Positions 27,256 through 36,987 of a stretch of DNA of 64,000 nt are shown here, piece after piece. The notes under the pieces are model-generated. The model was given only the letters and a program-made list of their open reading frames with translations. It ran no database searches and was not told the origin of the DNA. The translations under genes were made by a program, and so were the position numbers. The DNA comes from an uncultured Acidobacteriota bacterium. GTDB lineage: Bacteria; Acidobacteriota; Thermoanaerobaculia; UBA5066; DATFVB01. The DNA lies in the NCBI GenBank assembly GCA_963813155.1, contig CAWEYG010000006.1, positions 164,902 through 228,901 on the forward strand, in the 5' to 3' direction. Numbering within the stretch: the stretch's first letter is position 1; each line of letters begins with the position of its first letter.

Positions 27256-29619
27256 TTGGCCGATTCCGACGACGTCCGCATCCTGATCGTCGACGACAGC
27301 GCCGAAAAGCTGTTGTCCCTGGGAGTCCTGCTCGCGGGCTCGGGACGGGAAATCGTGGAGGCGAGGTCGGGACGGGAGGCCCTTCGGCACCTGCTCTTCG
27401 GGCACTTCGCCGTCATCCTGCTCGACATCAACATGCCCGACATGGACGGGTTCGAAACGGCGGCGCTGATCCGACAGCGGAAGCTCTCGGAGCACACGCC
27501 GATCATCTTCATCACCGCGTACAGCGACGACGTCCACTCGCTGCGCGGTTATTCCATCGGCGCCGTCGACTACATCATCACGCCCGTCGTGCCCGAAGTC
27601 CTGCAGTCGAAGGTTTCCGTCTTCGTCGACCTGTTCCGGAAGACCGAGCAGATCCGGCGGCAGTCCGAATCTCTCCAGAGGCGAGCCGCGCAGCTCCAGC
27701 GCCTGACACAGGTCTCTCTGGCGATCAATTCGGCGGGCTCCACGGCCGGAATCGTCCGGGCGGTCGTCGCCGCCGCGCAGAACATCCTGGACGCGCGGCA
27801 AGCGATTCTCGCTCCGGCTCCGGGCGAGCAATGGGACCCGTCTCCGAGAGACGAGGAGCCCGGCGCTCCGGACATGACGGCCGCGCTGACCGGGTCCGAC
27901 GGCCGGTCGATGGGCACGCTCGAGCTTTTCGGAAGAGACCCCTCCCGAATTACCGACGAGGACGGCGCGATCCTCACCCAGCTCGCGCAGATCGCCGCGG
28001 TCGCGATCGAGAACGTGCTCTCGGCGCAGGCCCGCGAGGCGAACCGCCTGAAGGACGAATTCCTCGCGACCCTCTCCCACGAGCTTCGGACGCCGCTCAC
28101 GGCGATCCTCGGCTGGGCGCGCGTTCTTCGGGGGGGAGCGCTCGACCCGAAACGCTACGCGCACGGGCTGGAAGTGATCGAGCGAAATGTCAATGCCCAG
28201 GCAAAGCTGATCGAGGACCTCCTCGAGATCTCTCGCGTCAGCAACTCGAAGGTGCGGCTCGCCGCGCAGCCGATGCGGGTCGCGCCGGTCGTCGAGGCCG
28301 CGCTCGACGCGATGCGGCCGGCGATCGAGGCCAAAGGCCTTCGTTCGACGCTCGACGTCGCGCCGGAGGCCGCCGCGGACGATCGCATTTCGGGCGACCC
28401 CGACCGGCTCCAGCAGGTTTTCGGGAACCTCATTTCCAACGCGATCAAGTTCACCCCGAAAGGCGGAAGGATCGACGTCCGCATCGCGATCGTCGAATCG
28501 CAGATCTCCGTTTCGGTCTCCGACACCGGCCGGGGCATCAGCCGCGAGTTCCTCGGCCACGTCTTCGACCGTTTTCGCCAGGAGGACAGCTCGCCGACCC
28601 GTTCGCACGGAGGCCTCGGAATCGGGCTCGCGATCGTCCGCCATCTCGTCGAGCTCCACCGGGGATCGGTGTCGGCCGAGAGCTCGGGTCTCGGGGGGGG
28701 ATCCACGTTCACGGTTCGGCTCCCGATTCTCGAGGAAAACGGCTTCGCGGTTCCGGATTCTCCGCCCGCCCGGGTTCGCGCGGAGGCGCCCGACCTGGCG
28801 GGTCTGCGCGTGCTTCTCGTGGACGACGATCTGGACACTCGAGAAGTCGTCGGCGAGATCCTGCGCGTCGCCCGCGTCGAATTCGAGCTCGCCTCGACGC
28901 TCGACGAGGCTCTCGCGGCGCTCGAGCGCCGGCGGTTCGACGTGCTCGTGAGCGACATCGCGATGCCGGGCGGAGACGGCTACGACCTGATTCGGAGAGT
29001 TCGCTCGCTCCCGACGACCCGCGGCGGACGGATCCCGGCGGTGGCCCTGACGGCGTACGTCGGAAGAGAGGACCGGGTCCGCGCGCGGAAAGAGGGATTC
29101 CAGAAGCATGTCGCCAAGCCGATCGAGCCCGGCGAGCTCCTCTCGGTCCTGGCCGAGCTGGCGGGCGCGCCGAGCGACCCGCCGGCAGCCCGGGCCGCGT
29201 CCGAGGAAGGGGGATCGCCCTGCCGGGTCCTGATCGTCGAGGACGACGCCGACAGCGGGTTGGGGTTGAAGGCCCTCCTCGAGCTCGGAGGCTTCGAAGT
29301 GGAAATCGCCCGCGACGGGCCGGAGGGCCTTCGCCGCGCCGCCGAGATTCATCCGGATCTCGCGCTCGTCGACGTCGGGTTGCCCGGGATGGACGGATAC
29401 GGCGTGGCGGACCGTCTCCGGCAGAGCGGCAACGGGCGCAAACCCTACATGATCGCCGTCTCCGGCTTCGACGACGGCGCCCACCGGCAGCGGGCGCGCG
29501 AATCGGGGTTCGACGACTATCTCGTCAAGCCGATTCGCCCCGAAGAGCTGGAGCGCGCCGTCAGCGCCCGAGTTCCGAGATTTCGCCCGACAGAGAAAGA
29601 AGATCGCAGCGCGCCGTGA
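27256..29619 (+). CDS. Hybrid histidine kinase REC-GAF-HisKA-HATPase-REC-REC
   Basis: N-terminal receiver, [30 protein letters not shown] and two C-terminal receivers. Confidence 0.93.
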   Translation: MADSDDVRILIVDDSAEKLLSLGVLLAGSGREIVEARSGREALRHLLFGHFAVILLDINMPDMDGFETAALIRQRKLSEHTPIIFITAYSDDVHSLRGYSIGAVDYIITPVVPEVLQSKVSVFVDLFRKTEQIRRQSESLQRRAAQLQRLTQVSLAINSAGSTAGIVRAVVAAAQNILDARQAILAPAPGEQWDPSPRDEEPGAPDMTAALTGSDGRSMGTLELFGRDPSRITDEDGAILTQLAQIAAVAIENVLSAQAREANRLKDEFLATLSHELRTPLTAILGWARVLRGGALDPKRYAHGLEVIERNVNAQAKLIEDLLEISRVSNSKVRLAAQPMRVAPVVEAALDAMRPAIEAKGLRSTLDVAPEAAADDRISGDPDRLQQVFGNLISNAIKFTPKGGRIDVRIAIVESQISVSVSDTGRGISREFLGHVFDRFRQEDSSPTRSHGGLGIGLAIVRHLVELHRGSVSAESSGLGGGSTFTVRLPILEENGFAVPDSPPARVRAEAPDLAGLRVLLVDDDLDTREVVGEILRVARVEFELASTLDEALAALERRRFDVLVSDIAMPGGDGYDLIRRVRSLPTTRGGRIPAVALTAYVGREDRVRARKEGFQKHVAKPIEPGELLSVLAELAGAPSDPPAARAASEEGGSPCRVLIVEDDADSGLGLKALLELGGFEVEIARDGPEGLRRAAEIHPDLALVDVGLPGMDGYGVADRLRQSGNGRKPYMIAVSGFDDGAHRQRARESGFDDYLVKPIRPEELERAVSARVPRFRPTEKEDRSAP

Positions 29620-30874
29620 TCCAGTCGAGCTTCGCCCGGATCGCTTCCTCTTCGCCGTCGGCCAATTCCATCTGACGCCGCTCCACTTCGTCGGGCTGGT
29701 CCCGGCCTTCGCGCCGGAGGCTCTCGCTCTCCCGCAGCGCTTCCACCGAGACCCCCCGGGCTCGTTCGGCGAGGCTCATCGCGGCGGCCGAGCGGTCGAG
29801 AGCGGCCCGGGCTCGCGCCGCGGCGAGCTCCAGGTCGGAGAGCCGGGCGCGGCGGTCGGCCTCGGCGGCGGCGATCCGGCTCTCGAGCTTCGCCCGGGAA
29901 TCCGCGAAGCGGCCCCCCGACCAGAGCGGGACCGCGATGGAGAGGCCCACGCTCCAATCGTCGGCCTTGAAGTTGTTGTAGTACCGGTCGTAGCGGCTTG
30001 CGAGACGGTTGTACTGCCCTTCGATCTCGACGACAGGGGACAGCGTGGCGCCTGCGACCTTCTCCGATCGGCGAAGCGACGCGAGCTCGAGGTCGAGCGC
30101 CCGCAACGTCGGGTCGGCCGCCTGCAGCCGGCCGGCGTCCGCGGAGGCGCTCGCCGCGCCGAGGCGGATGGCCGGGTTCTCAGCGATTTCCAGCGGCGAG
30201 CCCGGATCCGCGCCGATCGCGATCCGCAGCTCGCGGAAGTCGAGGTCCCGGTCGGACTCCGCGTCGAGGGTCTTCTGGCGCGCTTTCGCGGCCTCCAGGC
30301 TCGCCCGCTCCAGGTCGAGCTCGGTGCGGCGGCCCTCCCGGGCGAGCGCGGCCGTGTGGTCCCGGACGGATTCCGCCGCGCCTTGACGGCGGCGGGCGGC
30401 GTCGATCCGGGCGTCGTCGGACCAGCAGCGGGCGTAGAGAAGAGCGGCTGCGCGCGCCGTCTCGACTCGCGATTTTTCCGCCGCTCCGGCCTGCTGCGCC
30501 GCGTGCGCTTCCGACTGGAACACCTGAGAGCGCGCCGACCGGTCGTACAGAGTCTGCCGCACCTCGAGGCCGGCGATCGCGGGAACCCTTCCGGCTACCG
30601 CCACGGGGATTCCGCTCGAGTAGCCGGGGGTCGTCGACGCCCAGGCCTCCGGATGGAAAGCGTCGCGGGCGAGCCTCGCCTCGGCGGCCGCTTCGCTGCC
30701 CGCCGCCTCGGCGGCGCCGAGACCGGGGGAGCGGGCGAGAGCGCGTTCCACGGTCTCGCGCAGCGTCAGCGGGTGCGCGGATTCCTCGCGGGGCGCCTGC
30801 GGCGATGCCGGGGCGGCCGCGGCGATCGCGCCGAGAAAAGCGAGCGTCGTCGGGAGCATTCGAGAGCTACTCAT
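29561..30874 (-). CDS. TolC family outer membrane efflux protein
   Basis: Signal peptide, LTLRETVERAL, QTLYD and WSVGLSIAVPLWSGG motifs, long helices. Confidence 0.85.
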   Translation of the reverse strand: MSSSRMLPTTLAFLGAIAAAAPASPQAPREESAHPLTLRETVERALARSPGLGAAEAAGSEAAAEARLARDAFHPEAWASTTPGYSSGIPVAVAGRVPAIAGLEVRQTLYDRSARSQVFQSEAHAAQQAGAAEKSRVETARAAALLYARCWSDDARIDAARRRQGAAESVRDHTAALAREGRRTELDLERASLEAAKARQKTLDAESDRDLDFRELRIAIGADPGSPLEIAENPAIRLGAASASADAGRLQAADPTLRALDLELASLRRSEKVAGATLSPVVEIEGQYNRLASRYDRYYNNFKADDWSVGLSIAVPLWSGGRFADSRAKLESRIAAAEADRRARLSDLELAAARARAALDRSAAAMSLAERARGVSVEALRESESLRREGRDQPDEVERRQMELADGEEEAIRAKLDWITARCDLLSLSGEISELGR

Positions 30875-32096
30875 GGCGAAGGGCCTCCGAAGGGTCGAGG
30901 CGCGCGGCCCGAACAGCCGGGACGGCGCCGAAAAGCAGGGTCACGGCGCAGGAAAAGACGAACGCGAGGACGATCGAGATCGCGGAGATCCGGATGTCGA
31001 CGCTGCGAAACGCGAGCTTCGCGACTCCCGGGATGCCGGCGCCGGCGAGAACGCCGAGAGAGGACCCGACGAACCCGAGGAGGAGGGCCTCGAGCAGGAA
31101 CTGGCGGAGGATGTCGGCACGCCGGGCGCCGACCGACATGCGGAGGCCGATTTCGCGCGTGCGCTGCTCGATCGACGCGAGCAGGATGTTCATGATTCCC
31201 ACCCCGCCCACGATTACCGAAACGGCGGCGGCGAGGACGAACGCGACGATGAGTCCGAGGGAGATCGCGCGGGCGACGCGGATCACGGTCGTCATGCTGT
31301 CGACCTTGTAGACCGAACCGCTGTGGTGACGCTCGGAGAGCAGGCTCTGCACGGACTCGGCGGCCTCGGGAATCCGGGAGAAATCCCGGACCTCGGCGAA
31401 GAGCGTGTCCACGCGGCGCGACGGGGTGAAGAACCAGGCGACGGTGATCGGGATGAACACGGTTTCGGGGGTGACGTCGCCCTGTCCCATCGTGTCGACG
31501 GGCTCTTCGAACTCTCCGACGACCCGAAACGTCGTCCCGAGCGCGCGCACGGATTTTTCCGGCGAGTCGTCCCCGCCGAAGAGCTTTTCGTACAGGCTGC
31601 GGTTGACGACGCAGACCTTGGAGAGTGTTGAGAGGTCATCCTCGTCGAAAAACCGTCCCTGGAGCAGGCGGAAATTCTTTCGGACCGCCGGGTAGTTCGG
31701 CGTCGTTCCCAGCAGCGTGAGGTTCTTCGCACTCGAGAGGAGCGTCACGTCGCCGTGAAGGATGACGAGCGGCGTGACGCCCGAGAACAGGTCGGTCCGC
31801 GCGGCGACGGCGCGGACGTCGGCATCGTCGATCTGGTCGTCGAGAGCACGCGAGACGCCCGCCGTGACGGTCCCGTCGTAGCTCGCCCAGATGAGGTGCG
31901 AGCCGACACCTTCGATTTGCGACATCACGTAGCCGCGGCCGGTCAGGCCCAGCGTCACGACGAGGATGATCGACGCCGTTCCGACGACGAGACCGGCGAG
32001 CGTGAGCCAGGTCTGGACCGGGTGCGTGCGAAAGCGGTGGAGCGCCGTCTCGAAGATCTCCGTGGAGAGGATGCCCGTTCGTTCCGGGGAGGTCAT
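30867..32096 (-). CDS. MacB/FtsX-type ABC transporter permease (no NBD)
   Basis: LTLAGLVVG, GRFF, VGGVGIMNILLASIEQRTREIGLRMSVGA and PAVRAARLDPSEALRHE motifs. Confidence 0.92.
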   Translation of the reverse strand: MTSPERTGILSTEIFETALHRFRTHPVQTWLTLAGLVVGTASIILVVTLGLTGRGYVMSQIEGVGSHLIWASYDGTVTAGVSRALDDQIDDADVRAVAARTDLFSGVTPLVILHGDVTLLSSAKNLTLLGTTPNYPAVRKNFRLLQGRFFDEDDLSTLSKVCVVNRSLYEKLFGGDDSPEKSVRALGTTFRVVGEFEEPVDTMGQGDVTPETVFIPITVAWFFTPSRRVDTLFAEVRDFSRIPEAAESVQSLLSERHHSGSVYKVDSMTTVIRVARAISLGLIVAFVLAAAVSVIVGGVGIMNILLASIEQRTREIGLRMSVGARRADILRQFLLEALLLGFVGSSLGVLAGAGIPGVAKLAFRSVDIRISAISIVLAFVFSCAVTLLFGAVPAVRAARLDPSEALRHE

Positions 32097-33268
32097 GACC
32101 CTTCGACCTTGACTCGCAACCCGTCGGACAGCGCGCCGCCGCCGGGAAGAATGACCTGCTCTCCCGGGCGCAGGCCGCTCGTCACCTCGGCGTCGGTTAC
32201 TCCGAGAAGCCCGACGGTCACGTCCCTTCGCCGCGCGCGCCCGTCCTCTCGGACGAAGATCCAGCGCCGGGAGCCGTCGCGCTGGAGGGCCGCCCTCGGG
32301 ATCACGAGCGCCGCGCTCTTCTCGCCCGCGACGATCGACACGTTGACCGAAGCGTTCGGGGGGAGTCTCCGATCCGGGTCGGCGATCTCCCCGAGGACCT
32401 CGCCGACGCGGCGCCCTGCGTAGTCGCGCAGGCCGGCCGCGACCGCCGTGACGCGTCCCTGCCATTGCCGGTCGGGGAGGCCGTCGAACGTCACGGTGAC
32501 GCGCTCCCCGGGAGCGATCCGGGGGAGATCGGGTTCGTCGACCCGGGCGCGAACGCGCACGTGCGCGGGGTCCTCCACGGACGCGACCACCTGGCCCGGC
32601 TCGAAGCGTTCCCCTGTCCGGCGGGGGAGACCGAAGACGACACCCGGCGACGGCGCTCGAAGGGTCAGAGCCGCGACGCGCCGGTCCAGCTCCGCGGCCG
32701 AACGCTGAGCAAGGGCGAGGCGAGAGGAGCGCCCGCCTTCGAGGGAGCTCGAGCGCGCCTTTGCGGACTCCAGCCGGGATTCCGCCTCGCGCACCGCCGC
32801 CGCGTCGTTGTCGCGCGCCTCGCGCGAAATCGCTCCTGCCGCGAGCAGGCGCTCGTCGGCCTCCGCGGTTTTCCGGCGCTGTTCCGCATCGCTCTTCGAC
32901 CGGGAGAGCTCGGCGATCGCGGTTTCCCGGTCGGCCGAGAGCTCGAGCGCTCCGCTGTGCGCGTCGAGCGCGCTCTGGACGAGGTCGGGGTTTTCGAGGC
33001 GAACCAGGACGCGCCCCGCCTCGACCTGCTCCCCGTCGCGCGCGAGGATCTCGGCCACGGAGGCCGCCTCCGGCGCTCGGAGCTCTCCCTCCGAGCCCGG
33101 TTCGAGGGTCCCGTCGCAGAGGACCGGCACCGAGAGGTCTCGGATCCGGGCCTCGACGACCCGGACGGAAACGCCCTTCTTGCGGGCGAGGAGGAAGACG
33201 ATCGCCCCGACGGCGGCCACGGCGGCCACGGCGGCGACGGCAAGGAGAATTCGTCGGCCTACTCGCAT
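32093..33268 (-). CDS. Periplasmic adaptor (MacA-like membrane fusion protein)
   Basis: N-terminal anchor, lipoyl half-motifs flanking an alpha hairpin, VDEPDL and VTVG...EVTSGL. Confidence 0.88.
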   Translation of the reverse strand: MRVGRRILLAVAAVAAVAAVGAIVFLLARKKGVSVRVVEARIRDLSVPVLCDGTLEPGSEGELRAPEAASVAEILARDGEQVEAGRVLVRLENPDLVQSALDAHSGALELSADRETAIAELSRSKSDAEQRRKTAEADERLLAAGAISREARDNDAAAVREAESRLESAKARSSSLEGGRSSRLALAQRSAAELDRRVAALTLRAPSPGVVFGLPRRTGERFEPGQVVASVEDPAHVRVRARVDEPDLPRIAPGERVTVTFDGLPDRQWQGRVTAVAAGLRDYAGRRVGEVLGEIADPDRRLPPNASVNVSIVAGEKSAALVIPRAALQRDGSRRWIFVREDGRARRRDVTVGLLGVTDAEVTSGLRPGEQVILPGGGALSDGLRVKVEGS

Positions 33269-33298
33269 CGGCGCTATTCTAACGATAGGATTCGGGAG

Positions 33299-34726
33299 AT
33301 GAAGACTCTGTTCCTGAATCCCCCGTCGTTCGACGGATTCGATGGCGGGGCCGGCTCGCGATACCAGGCCCGCCGGGAGATCCGCTCGTTCTGGTACCCC
33401 ACATGGCTCGCGCAGCCGGCCGCGCTCGTGCCCGGCAGCCGCCTCGTCGACGCTCCGGCGCGCGGTCTCGGTCTCTCGGAGGTCCTGCCGCTCGCGAACG
33501 ACTACGAGTTGGCGGTCCTTCACACGAGCACTCCTTCTTTCCCTTCCGACGTGAAAGTCGCGGAGGCGCTGAAAGCGGTGAACCCCCGGCTCGCCGTGGG
33601 CTTCGTCGGCGCCCATGTCGCGGTATCCCCCGAAGCCTCGCTCGCCGCGTCGCGGTCGATCGACTTCGTCGCGCGAAACGAGTTCGATTACACGATCCAG
33701 GAGGTCGCCGCGGGACGCCCGTGGGATTCGATCGACGGCCTGAGCTACCGGAACGCGGACAGCGGCGCGATCGTCCACAACCGCGAGCGCGCGACGCTCG
33801 AGACGATGGACGATCTTCCGTTCGTGACCGACGTGTACAAGCGCGACCTCGTGATCGAGGACTACTTCATCGGGTACCTGCTGCACCCCTACGTATCCCT
33901 CTACACGGGCCGGGGGTGCCGGTCGAAATGCACGTTCTGCCTCTGGCCGCAGACGATCGGCGGCCATCGCTACCGCACGCGTTCGGCCGAGAACGTCGCC
34001 GCCGAGATCGCGCGAGCGAAGGAGTATTTTCCGCAGGTCAAGGAATTTTTCTTCGACGACGACACGTTCACTGACGATTTGCCCCGGGCGGAAGACGTCG
34101 CCCGGCGTCTCGAGAAGATCGGCGTCACGTGGTCGTGCAACGCGAAGGCGAATGTCCCATACGAAACGCTCCGCGTGATGAGGGAAAACGGGCTGCGCCT
34201 GCTGCTCGTCGGGTACGAAACGGGAGTCCAGGAGATCCTGAACAACATCCGCAAGGGAACGCGAATCGACGTCGCGCGGAAGTTCACGGAAGATTGCCAC
34301 AAGCTCGGAATCACGATTCACGGAACGTTCATCGTCGGGCTTCCGGGGGAGACTCCCGACACGATCGAGCGGACGATCCGGTTCGCGAACGAGATCAATC
34401 CCCACACGATCCAGGTTTCGCTCGCGGCCCCGTATCCCGGGACGGAGCTCTATCGGCAGGCGCAGGCAAACGGCTGGCTCACCGGGGGCGAAAAGACGCT
34501 CGTCGGCGCCGACGGGGTTCAGATCAGCTCGCTCGCATACCCGGACCTCTCCCGCGAGGAGATTTTCGGTGCGGTGGAACGCTTCTACCGCCGGTTCTAC
34601 TTCCGCCCCCGAAAGATAGGGGAGATGCTCAAGGAGATGATCCTGAGCCCGCCGATGATGAAACGCCGCCTCCGCGAAGGGGTCGAGTTCTTTTCGTTCC
34701 TCTCCCGCCGCGAGGCGAGCGCCTGA
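33299..34726 (+). CDS. hpnJ: Hopanoid biosynthesis associated radical SAM protein HpnJ
   Basis: LNPPSFDGFDGGAGSRYQARREIRSFWYPTWLA N-terminus, GCRSKCTFC cluster motif, FFDDDTFTD. Confidence 0.95.
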   Translation: MKTLFLNPPSFDGFDGGAGSRYQARREIRSFWYPTWLAQPAALVPGSRLVDAPARGLGLSEVLPLANDYELAVLHTSTPSFPSDVKVAEALKAVNPRLAVGFVGAHVAVSPEASLAASRSIDFVARNEFDYTIQEVAAGRPWDSIDGLSYRNADSGAIVHNRERATLETMDDLPFVTDVYKRDLVIEDYFIGYLLHPYVSLYTGRGCRSKCTFCLWPQTIGGHRYRTRSAENVAAEIARAKEYFPQVKEFFFDDDTFTDDLPRAEDVARRLEKIGVTWSCNAKANVPYETLRVMRENGLRLLLVGYETGVQEILNNIRKGTRIDVARKFTEDCHKLGITIHGTFIVGLPGETPDTIERTIRFANEINPHTIQVSLAAPYPGTELYRQAQANGWLTGGEKTLVGADGVQISSLAYPDLSREEIFGAVERFYRRFYFRPRKIGEMLKEMILSPPMMKRRLREGVEFFSFLSRREASA

Positions 34727-34740
34727 CGCCGGGAAGGTAT

Positions 34741-34848
34741 CGCCTCTCCCCGCGGGAGAGGCCGGACCGCCCGTGGCGGTCCGGGTGAGGGAGCTCCGAG
34801 ACCCCTCATGGTTCCCTCACCCCATCCCTCTCCCGCCGGGAGAGGGAG
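34741..34848. repeat. Palindromic REP-like composite (family A)
   Basis: cctctcccc/gggagagg hairpins plus gggtgaggg/ccctcaccc arms; about 30 bp identical to the copy starting at 58931. Confidence 0.8.
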
Positions 34849-34855
34849 TCGAGCC

Positions 34856-35665
34856 GTGAGGAAGCTGGTTATCACCGGCGACGACTTCGGCATCTCGACC
34901 GCCGTCAACAGGGCGATTGTCGAGGCGCACGAAAAGGGCGTCCTCACGAATGCGAGCCTGATGGTCGCGGGCGAAGCCTTCGAAGAAGCGGTCGCCGTGG
35001 CCCGCGAGCGACCGTCGCTCGCCGTCGGTCTCCACCTCGTCATCCTCGACGGGAAGGCGGTCCTTCCCCCGGCGGAGATCCCGCTGCTCGTCGATTCCGA
35101 GGGCCGGTTTTCCGACGCGCCTGTTTCGGCCGGCGTGCGATACTTCGTTCGACCCGCCGCTCGCGTGCAGCTGCGCCGAGAGATCCGGGCGCAGCTCGAG
35201 CGGTTTCGATCGACGGGGCTGACGCTTTCGCACGTGGACGGCCATCACCACCTGCACCTCCATCCCGTCGCGCTCGCCTGTCTCGCCGACCTCGCCGCGG
35301 AGTTCGGGATCCCGGCGATCCGCCTTCCGTCGGAAGAACTGTCGCTTGCCCTGCGGATGGACCCGGGAGGAGCCGCAACGAAGGTCCTCTGGTCGGAGAT
35401 CTTCCGGCGGCTTCGCCGCCACGGCGAGCGGCAACTCCGCGGCCGGGCCGTTGCGTTCGCGGATCGCGTCTATGGCCTGCTCGCGACCGGCCGCGTCACG
35501 GAGCAATACCTGCTCGCGCTGATCCCGCGAATCCAGGCGGACGCGGTCGAGGTCTATTCGCACCCGGGCGCGTCGTCGGCCGAGCTCGAAGCGCTGATCA
35601 GTCCCCGCGTGCGGACAGCGATCCGGGATGCGGGATTTTGTCGTTCGACGCATGAACCCTTCTGA
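34856..35665 (+). CDS. hpnK: Hopanoid-associated deacetylase HpnK (YdjC family)
   Basis: GDDFG, ASLMV, VGLHL, HVDGHHHLHLHP and YSHP motifs; follows hpnJ. Confidence 0.9.
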   Translation: MRKLVITGDDFGISTAVNRAIVEAHEKGVLTNASLMVAGEAFEEAVAVARERPSLAVGLHLVILDGKAVLPPAEIPLLVDSEGRFSDAPVSAGVRYFVRPAARVQLRREIRAQLERFRSTGLTLSHVDGHHHLHLHPVALACLADLAAEFGIPAIRLPSEELSLALRMDPGGAATKVLWSEIFRRLRRHGERQLRGRAVAFADRVYGLLATGRVTEQYLLALIPRIQADAVEVYSHPGASSAELEALISPRVRTAIRDAGFCRSTHEPF

Positions 35666-35670
35666 CGTTC

Positions 35671-35744
35671 CCCCCTCTCCCGCGCTTCGCTTGCCCTCTC
35701 CCTCGAGGGAGAGGGCGGACGCCGAAGGCGGCCGGGTGAGGGGG
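35671..35744. repeat. Palindromic element (family A)
   Basis: gccctctccc...gggagagggc hairpin followed by gccgaaggc...gggtgaggg. Confidence 0.7.
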
Positions 35745-35748
35745 CACG

Positions 35749-36987
35749 ATGATCAGGAGGTCCGCGTCGATTCGGCTTGCTCGAATCCTGCTCGCGTTCG
35801 TCTGCGCGAGCTCGATTGCGTTCTCGATCGCGAGCGTGATCGCCGCCGCAAGTCTCTTTCGGAGACCGCGCAAGCTCCGGATGGGACGCCCGACCTTTCC
35901 GGCCGTTTCGATCCTCAAGCCGCTGCGCGGCCTCGACCACGAGTCGCACACGAACCTCTCTTCTTTCGCGCGCCAGCGGTATCCGGCGTTCGAGATTCTT
36001 TTCGGAGCCGAAGATCCCGCCGACCCGGCGCTGGAGGTCGCTCGCCGGATCCGAAACGAGTTCCCGGGCGTTCCGATCCGGATCGTGGACCGTGTGGAGC
36101 CCCTCGGCGAAAATCCGAAGGTCAACACTCTCGCGAGCCTCGCGCGCGAGGCCGCGCACCCGCTGATTCTCCTGTCCGACAGCGACGTGCGGGTGGGGTC
36201 CGGGTACCTCCGCGCGATGGTACGGCGGTTGGAACGCGAGAACGTTTCGATGCTCACGTCGCTGTATTCCAGCCGTGCGGGAAACTGGGCGGGTCGCTTC
36301 GAAGCGCTCGGCACCGCGACGGAGTTCCAGCCCGGCGTGCTCGTGGCGCGGATGCTGCAGCGCGTGCGGTTCGGCCTCGGCGCGGGGATCCTGATTCGGC
36401 GCGATGCGTTGGACGCGATCGGGGGTTTCCCGGCGATCGCCGATCACCTCGCTGACGACTACATGCTCGGCTACCTCTGCGACCGCGCCGGCGGACGCAT
36501 CGAGCTTTCGACCGCCGTCGCGGAGCACCACCTCGGCTCGCCGTCCTTCGGCGAGTGGTTCCGTCGGCAGGTGCGGTGGAACCGGGGAATCCGGGTCTCC
36601 CGCCCCGCGGGCTATTTCGGCCTCGTTCTGACGCAGGGTGTTGCCGCGGCCGCGCTACTGCTCCTGGCGTCGGGCGGCTCGGCGCTCGGATGGAGCGTGT
36701 TCGCGGCGACGATCGGAGCCCGCCTCGCGTCCGCCTGGGTCGTCGGCGCCGGTTGCCTGAAGGACCCGACGGTCCGCAGTTTCCTGTGGCTCGTTCCGAT
36801 TCGGGACCTCGCGGGAACGGCGCTCTGGTTGACGGGGCTCTTCGGGAAGAGCGTGGACTGGCGCGGACAGCGGTTCCGGCTCGAGAAGGACGGGCGCATT
36901 ACTCGCCGAACCCCTCCCACCAACCCCTCACCCGGCCTTCGGCCACCCTCTCCCACAAGGGGAGAGGGGAGAGAAGGAGTTCCGTGA
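35749..36987 (+). CDS. hpnI: Bacteriohopanetetrol glucosamine glycosyltransferase HpnI (GT2)
   Basis: VSILKPLRG, NPKV, DSD, LADDY and QVRW motifs; position in the hpn cluster. The last codons run through a family A repeat. Confidence 0.9.
   Translation: MIRRSASIRLARILLAFVCASSIAFSIASVIAAASLFRRPRKLRMGRPTFPAVSILKPLRGLDHESHTNLSSFARQRYPAFEILFGAEDPADPALEVARRIRNEFPGVPIRIVDRVEPLGENPKVNTLASLAREAAHPLILLSDSDVRVGSGYLRAMVRRLERENVSMLTSLYSSRAGNWAGRFEALGTATEFQPGVLVARMLQRVRFGLGAGILIRRDALDAIGGFPAIADHLADDYMLGYLCDRAGGRIELSTAVAEHHLGSPSFGEWFRRQVRWNRGIRVSRPAGYFGLVLTQGVAAAALLLLASGGSALGWSVFAATIGARLASAWVVGAGCLKDPTVRSFLWLVPIRDLAGTALWLTGLFGKSVDWRGQRFRLEKDGRITRRTPPTNPSPGLRPPSPTRGEGREGVP

Noticed and set aside
29561-29619. 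59-bp convergent overlap of the kinase and TolC genes as antisense control
   Set aside because: Short tail-to-tail overlaps are common in GC-rich genomes, and nothing further supports a regulatory role.
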